This document shows, piece after piece, positions 56,701 to 64,000 of a DNA stretch of 64,000 nt. The stretch is from Tubiluchus corallicola (taxonomy: Eukaryota > Animalia > Priapulida), in assembly GCA_030141605.1 (NCBI GenBank), contig JAQGDQ010000888.1, positions 19,554-83,553 on the forward strand, read 5' to 3'. The position numbers were made by a program, and so were the translations under genes. How positions within the stretch are numbered: position 1 is the stretch's first letter; every line of letters begins with the position of its first letter. Under the pieces are notes generated by a model. It had not been told where the DNA came from, searched no databases, and was given only the letters and a program-made list of their open reading frames with translations.

Positions 56701-59700
56701 TGAATATGAATATGTTTGAATATGAATACGTTTGAATATGAATATGTTTGAATACGAATATGTTTGAATATGAATATGAACATGTTTGAATATGAATACG
56801 TTTGAATGCAAATATGTTTGAATATGAATATGTTTGAATATGAATATGAACATGTTTGAATACGAATATGTTTGAATATGAATATGTTTGGTTTTTCGCT
56901 TACAGATCAACATGGCAAGAAACAAAAGCCTTTGAGCTGACAGCAACTCAATCACTTGCAATGGCTGTCAAGTTTTAGATAAATCTAATAAATCACAACA
57001 TTATGATAACCAGTTTTACACTGCACAGTTACACTGGAATCACTAAGAACTCTGTGTTTCTAGTCAACTTTAAACATTTTACAACTTTGCTGCTAAGCTT
57101 AACAATCCGTTTATTCGTATCTTTATTAATTGCCTGAAACAGATTTATATGAGATTAATAAACAATTTCTTTTGGACAATGAAGCTCTCAGTAAAGAAAT
57201 CTTAGTTTGTTTTTTGAAACTCGTGCCCCTGTGGCAAAAATGGTTTCATCTGCCATGTTTCTGCTGGGCATTGGTCTGGCACACTGCCAAAGCAGCAGTT
57301 AATAGTCTGCTAATAGATACCTACTGTAGAACTACTGCCAAAGCAGCAGTTAATAGTCTGCTAATAGATACCTACTATAGAACTGTACAGCAGAGGGTGG
57401 CATTTAAATTATAATCGTCTAACAATGGGCACAGTATTACAAACAATGTCTGTATTTTGATTGTTGGAACCGGGTAGACATATTACACCAGGGGTGTGCA
57501 AATTATCTGACTAGCCGGGCCACATTAAACTTTCCCACAATTCCTACGGGCCACAGGCAGTTTGATCAAGGAGCCAAGTACAGAAAGGCCTAATAACGAT
57601 TTTTTTGCATCCCACCTGCGTACATCATTACTACTACACTCAAGAAAGTATTTTAGAAGTTATTAAAATTTATATTACAAAACATATATTTCTACTTTCA
57701 GGACAGATAGTAGTAATTTCATTACAATGCATATTAGTAATGTGTATCACACAGTCTGTGTAGTACAGTGTTATTAAGCTACAACCGTATTGTAAGGGTT
57801 AATGGCATCCGATCTAGTAGAAAAAACTACCCGCACTATCTTTGGGATCGTGGCACGGACTTCAGCTGGATACACTCAATTAATCGCCCGGGCTGCACTT
57901 TCATTGGGTTGACAAATCTCTTTGCGGGCCGCACAAATTCTCCCAGCGGGCCGCAACTTCCACACCCCTGTATTAGACTCATGTAATGAACAATGCTGGT
58001 AATTACTCGGGAATCCAGGTAGTGTGAACACTCATTAGTACCACCTAATTAAGCTTTAAACGTTCATTAACTAAGTGTTGAGTTAGTGTAATTATTTACT
58101 ACTCACTGTCAATGGTTCATTTTGTAAACTCTGTAATATGAAGTTACTGACAACACGACCGTCGTTCATGTGCATTCTCGGTCCAAATGTGTTGAAAATT
58201 CTAGCAACACGAACTTCAACATTGTCCTGTCAACACAAACACAATCTGATTAATTTACAATTTTCAATTTTTATGCGTATTTCCAATTTAAGAGTAAGTT
58301 ACGTAATAATTTAATAATTATGAGTTTTTATTAAAACCATTAAAAATGAGAATCTATTATAAAATCCAGAGAAACAAATCTGAAATAGAATTTCCAATAA
58401 TTATGTAATAGTGAATAAATTATGGTGCTATACTTCACAAACTGATGTCTACTTCAAGTTTTTGGAGACCGAAAGCAACATCAGACTGAATCTTAAATTG
58501 TGCATTTTGCCAGTCTCTAGTTAGACGGGCACTAGCGCCTGCATATTGGAACCGTGTAAACAACACGTACTGTACCTCTCAGTTCAGATGTGTTAGTTTG
58601 TGAAAAACTACACACGTTCGACAGCTCATGCGTGAACACAGCAGTAAATTTGAAATTTGAATTTTCATCTTAAAACTTGCCTAGTTTTAGTACAACACAC
58701 TGAATATCTTACAGTAGCACTGTACTTCAATTTTCACTTTCACAAACACGTGCAACACGCTCGTGGAATGTTTCTGCTGTTGAAAATTATGTTAATTTGT
58801 GATGTCATCAATAGTTGGACTCGCCCGCCATTAATTAAGTTTTTAATCTATTATTTAACTATCAGAAATACTTCTGCAGTATCAATTGTGTTAAAATGTA
58901 TACTTTTTATCGGGCTTGAAAATGGGGTAGTAGATGAAAAATCATCCTGTCTTCCTTTAAACATGATTTCAAGCTCATCAAAGTTTGATATAAGAAATTA
59001 ATGGGACGTTAATGTTTAAATAAGTGATAGTTAGTTTAACTGGAAGTTTTTTATGTAGTCAAACCCTCTGAAAAACTACAAAGCTGAATAGCAAGACATT
59101 CTCTGTTACATAAACTCAGACAAACATGAAATTACCTGTTTCTGGTAAGAATAACACAGAGTCTCCGCTACTCTCTTCCCCTCATCGTAACACGCACGCG
59201 GTCCGACCGGATTCACGTGGCCCCAGTAATCTTCCGACTGCGGATGAACTTCCGGGTCTCCGTACACTTCCGACGTGGAAGCGAATAACACGCGAGCTTG
59301 TACTCGTTTAGCTAAGCCTGGAAATGTGTAAAAGTCATAGCTCGGTACTCGACGCAAAAATGTACGTAGAAAGTAACAACTTTGTTCTTTCTCAAAAGTA
59401 ACAAATAAAACAAAATGGAGAGAAAACTGAAAGAAATTACACAGAAGTTAAGACTGTAGAAATAACAGGTAAATAACAGAAATAAACAGGTAAACAATAA
59501 GTGGTACAGGTAATGATGAACAGGTAAACAATCAGTGGCACAGGTAATGGTAAACAGGTAAACAATTAGTGGCACAGGTAATGATAAACAGATAAACAAT
59601 TAGTGGCACAGGTAATGATAAACAGATAAACAATTAGTGGCACAGGTAATGGTAAACAGGTAAACAATCAGTGGCACAGGTAATGATAAACAGGTAAACA

Positions 59701-62249
59701 ATTAGTGGCACAGGTAATGATAAACAGATAAACAATTAGTGGCACAGGTAATGATAAACAGATAAACAATTAGTGGCACAGGTAATGATAAACAGGTAAA
59801 CAATCAGTGGTACAGGTAATGATAAACAGGTAAACAATCAGTGGCACAGGTAATGATAAACAGGTAAACAATCAGTGGCACAGGTAATGATAAACAGGTA
59901 AACAATCAGTGGCACAGGTAATGATGAACAGGTAAACAATCAGTGGTGGCACAGGTAATGATAAACAGGTAAACAATCAGTGGTACAGGTAGTGATAAAC
60001 AGGTAAACAGTCAGTGGTACAGGTAATGATAAACAGGTAAACAATCAGTGGCACAGGTAGTGATAAACAGGTAAACAATCAGTGGTACAGGTAGTGATAA
60101 ACAGGTAAACAATCAGTGGTACAGGTAATGATAAACAGGTAAACAATCAGTGGCACAGGTAATGATAAACAGGTAAACAATCAGTGGCACAGGTAATGAT
60201 GAACAGGTAAACAGTTAGTGGCACAGGTAATGATGAACAGGTAAACAATCAGTGGCACAGGTAATGATAAACAGATAAACAATTAGTGGCACAGGTAATG
60301 ATAAACAGGTAAACAATCAGTGGCACAGGTAATGATAAACAGGTAAACAATCAGTGGTACAGGTAGTGATAAACAGGTAAACAATCAGTGGCACAGGTAG
60401 TAATAAACAGGTAAACAATCAGTGGCACAGGTAGTGATAAACAGGTAAACAATCAGTGGCACAGGAATGATAACAGGTAAACAATCATGGACAGAAAAAC
60501 AGGTAAACAATCAGTGGCACAGGTAATGATAAACAGGTAAACAATCAGTGGCACAGGTAAACAATCAATGGCACAGGTAATGATAAACAGGTAAACAATC
60601 AGTGGCACAGGTAATGATAAACAGGTAAACAATCAATGGCACAGGTAATGATAAACAGGTAAACAATCAATGGCACAGGTAAACAATCAATGGCACAGGT
60701 AATAAACAAGTAAACAATGATCTACTCACCCAGCATGTTGATCGTTCCTATCGTGTTAGTTTTTATAGTTTTCACTGGATTGAACATGTAATGCGGGGGA
60801 GATGCTGGCGACGCCAAGTGGTAGATCTGGTCAACTGCAACGAGATAGGTCACTCTAATAAAAATTGAATTTCTTACTCAAAAATGTATTTACACCAAAT
60901 TTAATGACTAATTTGGAATTCAGTAGCTTGTAGCCATGCTGATTTAAGCTTGTATTGGCTCCCCTCTTTTCTCTCTGATAAATTGGCTTCCTTTGAACTG
61001 GTCATGTGACAAATATCTTACCTGTACACTTACCTGTAGATTGGAGTCACTCAGACATTCACACACTGCAGTTATAGATCGTTTAGCATCATTCATTGAT
61101 TTGTCGTTATAATTCCATAATTACACTGATAAAAGATTACCATGTAAGTTGATTTATTCTTTTCCTAAATCTTGAACTTTGTTTATTAATGAGATTTGAT
61201 TAGTTAGACTAGAGATTAGATTTTGTAATTTGCGTAAAAAGTTGTTGAAAGTTAATTAGAACAAATTTGCATAAATATTTCTGTGGAACTTAAGTAAAAA
61301 CAACTGCCGTTACTTAACTGATGTGGCAAATGCCTTTGCCTTACCCGCACGCCATGCCACAGTTGTAGTTAAGATGCATTGCTGTGGTACGCTTAACCTT
61401 TGACCTACAGCAACCGCACGTGTGCACAACGAAACTGTGAAAAGGCTTATTTGCTTCAGGCGCAAACATTCGCTATTGGACTGTCAACGTCTAAGTACAG
61501 TCTGCTGTTTGGTTACTAAAATTTATGATATGTAAAAATAATTGATATTTACTTACCTTCTATAACCTAGCCACTGGGGGGAGGGGGGCAAGCCAGCCCA
61601 ACTCAGTGCCGGTCCCAAGCCCGGATAAATAGGGAGGGTTAGGGTCAGGAAGGGCATCCGCCTGTAAAAACTGCGCCAAAACCTTCTATGAATGAGTCGG
61701 TGAGACTTAAAGGGAAAGTCCACAAAGAAGTGGTCAGACCCGCTCTAATCTATTGGCTAGAAGCAGCTTCTCTAAAGAAGACCGAAGAGAAGAAAATGGG
61801 TGTGGTGGAGATGAGGATGTTGAGATGGATGGTGGGAATAACAAGAAGAGATAAAATTAGAAATAATAATATCAGAGGAACAGTAAAAGCAGTGAAAGCC
61901 TCGCAAGATTGCGATGGTATGGACACCTGAAAAGAAGAGTCGGTGAAGATCTTGTGGGAAGGGAAGACATAAATGAAGAGATGGTCAACAACAGGAATGC
62001 GTGGAGAAGACTCATTCACAATGGCGACCCCGAATAGGGAAAAGCTGGGAAGAAGAAGATTTATTTACCTTCTATATACAAGGGATTAACTATGTCGTGA
62101 TTGAGCAGTTCAAAATTCGGGTGTCCGATCCAGTGCTCGATGTTTCTCTTGCGTCCGGTGAAAAAGTTATCAACAACGGTGACCTCGTGACCTTGAATCA
62201 TGAGAGCGTCTACGAGATGTGATCCAACGAATCCAGCACCACCTGTGAT
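53626..62249 (-). CDS. UXS1: UDP-glucuronate decarboxylase 1 (UDP-xylose synthase), 3' seven coding exons; 5' end beyond window
   Basis: join(62069..62249,60730..60834,59136..59317,58107..58226,56438..56600,54738..54841,53626..53778) stays in frame: [81 protein letters not shown]. Confidence 0.96.
53830..54500. mobile_element. Pogo/Tigger-like MITE in the last UXS1 intron
   Basis: perfect 23-bp TIR CAGTCTAGCCTCGTTATCTCGCC, TA flanks, internal copies of the TIR core. Confidence 0.88.
54738..54841 (-). CDS. UXS1: UXS1 exon
   Basis: [34 protein letters not shown]. Confidence 0.93.
56438..56600 (-). CDS. UXS1: UXS1 exon
   Basis: [37 protein letters not shown]. Confidence 0.95.
56668..56888. 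repeat. GAATAT/GTTT compound microsatellite
   Basis: direct inspection. Confidence 0.9.
57489..57970. mobile_element. Non-autonomous hAT element, sister of 3403-4135
   Basis: CAGGGGTGTG ends; TSD TATTACAC / TATTAGAC (7/8). Confidence 0.88.
58107..58226 (-). CDS. UXS1: UXS1 exon
   Basis: [40 protein letters not shown]. Confidence 0.95.
58500..58960 (-). mobile_element. Family A (Kolobok-like) copy
   Basis: ends CATCCTGTCTTCCT|TTAA. Confidence 0.7.
59136..59317 (-). CDS. UXS1: UXS1 exon (catalytic YxxxK)
   Basis: [60 protein letters not shown]. Confidence 0.95.
59460..60715. repeat. 34-bp minisatellite filling a UXS1 intron
   Basis: unit GTGGCACAGGTAATGATAAACAGGTAAACAATCA. Confidence 0.95.
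60730..60834 (-). CDS. UXS1: UXS1 exon
   Basis: [34 protein letters not shown]. Confidence 0.95.
61565..62058 (+). mobile_element. Internally deleted RTE-clade retroelement (5' UTR-like head joined to ORF 3' end)
   Basis: Head CCCAAGCCCGGATAAA..GGAAGGGCATCCG; ORF remnant [36 protein letters not shown]; (GAA)n tail; 18-bp TSD with 17/18 match. Confidence 0.85.
62069..62249 (-). CDS. UXS1: UXS1 exon (Rossmann GxxGxxG)
   Basis: [60 protein letters not shown]. Confidence 0.95.
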
Positions 62250-62283
62250 CTATAATAAGAACATTTAATAATATGCAGATATT

Positions 62284-63094
62284 CATTGGCGTCGCTAGGG
62301 GTGCATGGGAGATGCATACTGCACCGGGTGAAACCATGAGTACTGCACTGGGTGACACCATGAGCATCGCACCAGGTGACAACATGAGCACTGCACCAGC
62401 TGACACCATGAGTACTGCACCAGGTGACACCATGAGCACCACACCGGGTGACACCATGAGCACTGCACCAGCTGACACCATGAGTACTGCACCAGGTGAC
62501 ACCATGAGCACCACACCGGGTGACACCATGAGTACTGCAGCAGGTGACACTATGAGCACTGCACCGGGTGACACCATGAGTACTTCACCTGGTGACACCA
62601 TGAGTACTGCACCAGGTGACACCATGAGCACCACACCGGGTGACACCATGAGCACTGCACCAGCTGACACCATGAGTACTGCACCAGGTGACACCATGAG
62701 CACCACACCGGGTGACACCATGAGTACTGCAGCAGGTGACACTATGAGCACTGCACCGGGTGACACCATGAGTACTTCACCTGGTGACACCATGAGCATC
62801 GCACCGGGTGACACCATGAGCACTGCATCGGGTGACACCATGTGTACCACAACAGGTGACACCATGAGTACTGCACCGGGTGACACCATGTGTACCACAA
62901 CGGGTGACACCATGAGTACCACACAAACACCATGTGTACCACAACGGGTGACACCATGAGTACCACAACGGGTGACACCATGTGTACCACAACGGGTGAC
63001 ACCATGTGTACCACAACGGGTGACACCATGAGTACTGCATCGGGTGACACCATGAGTACTACACCGGGTGACACCAACCCTAGCAACGCCCCTG
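62284..63094. mobile_element. hAT-like MITE with internal 24-bp tandem array (~31 copies)
   Basis: ends CATTGGCGTCGCTAGGG / CCCTAGCAACGCCCCTG; unit GCACCGGGTGACACCATGAGTACT. Confidence 0.7.
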
Positions 63095-63496
63095 CACTTA
63101 CTTTGAACTTCATTTAATGAACAAACTAATCATTGCACGGTTTGTTTAGTTACATTCTGAATACATGAACAGCAGTCGAGACGCTTTAGCTAAGGTATGA
63201 AGTCTGATATTTCACCACATATTTTATGCTCAACTGTGTACAATAAGTTTTGAAAGTCGTACTAAGACTCTCACTTAAAAACAGAAGTGAATTATCTATT
63301 TAATGTTACTATTTATTAATGCAAATTAATTTATTCACAACACAGATTCTTCTTAATCCACGTTGCATTGTAAATTGTCTTCACGGGGCAAAAGCTCCAA
63401 ATAACAAATTTTCTCGACATCTTAGATTGAAGGCAGTAAAATAAAAGTTGATGTGTTATATGCTAAAAGTTTATAAAAATAAGCTAGCACACATAT

Positions 63497-64000
63497 ATGT
63501 ATAAGAAAACAAACTACTTTTCAAGCTAAGATGATACTCACTAGTATGTATAAGAAAACGAACTACTTTTCAAGCTAAGTTGATACTCACTAGCATGTAT
63601 AAGAAAACGAACTACTTGTCAAGCTAAGATGATACTCACTAGTATGTAAAAGAAAACGAACTACTTTTCAAGCTAAGTTGATACTCACTAGCATGTATAA
63701 GAAAACAGACTACTTTTCAAGCTAAGATGATACTTACTAGTATGTATAAGAAAACGAACTACTTTTCAAGCTAAGATGATACTCACTAGTATGTATAAGA
63801 AAACGAACTACTTTTCAAGCTAAGATGATACTCACTAGTATGTATAAGAAAACGAACTACTTTTCAAGCTAAGATGATACTCACTAGTATGTATAAGAAA
63901 ACAAACTACTTTTCAAGCTAAGATGATACTCACTAGTATGTATAAGAAAACGAACTACTTTTCAAGCTAAGATGATACTCACTAGTATGTATAAGAAAAC
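63497..64000. repeat. 49-bp minisatellite running off the window end
   Basis: unit TATGTATAAGAAAACGAACTACTTTTCAAGCTAAGATGATACTCACTAG. Confidence 0.95.

Noticed and set aside
59460-60715. Array rich in CAG|GTAA donor-like motifs
   Set aside because: Motifs are on the strand opposite UXS1 and the unit does not match an exon junction, so it is not counted among the junction-derived arrays
62170-63117. 228-250-aa mucin- or antifreeze-like repetitive ORFs (TAPGDTMS)n
   Set aside because: A stop-free 24-bp tandem array inside a MITE in a UXS1 intron; no signal peptide or splice support

Overview
AT-rich, intron-rich eukaryotic DNA, most consistent with an invertebrate metazoan; the species cannot be named from sequence alone. 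Three spliced housekeeping genes were reconstructed by hand: TRAPPC1/Bet5 (- strand, 4 coding exons, 2198-4672, one U12-type intron), a group I p21-activated kinase (PAK1/3-like, + strand, 12 coding exons, 19234-48275, 534 aa) and the 3' seven coding exons of UDP-glucuronate decarboxylase UXS1 (- strand, 53626-62249, continuing past the window). Nested antisense in a PAK kinase-domain intron is an intact, intronless ~794-aa ORF fusing ~8-9 ankyrin repeats to a cGAS-like (Mab-21/cGLR) nucleotidyltransferase with all catalytic motifs, bracketed by diverged ~280-bp direct repeats. A second recurring pattern is tandem arrays built from exon/intron junctions themselves, giving dozens of decoy splice sites at PAK, TRAPPC1 and probably UXS1, plus an RTE-derived insertion whose target-site duplication copied a UXS1 splice donor. 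The rest is minisatellites, microsatellites, MITEs (hAT-, Tc1/pogo-, piggyBac- and Kolobok-like), SINEs and LINE fragments. Most short ORFs in the supplied track are repeat artefacts. All coordinates were read by eye, and family assignments come from motif recall, not database searches.
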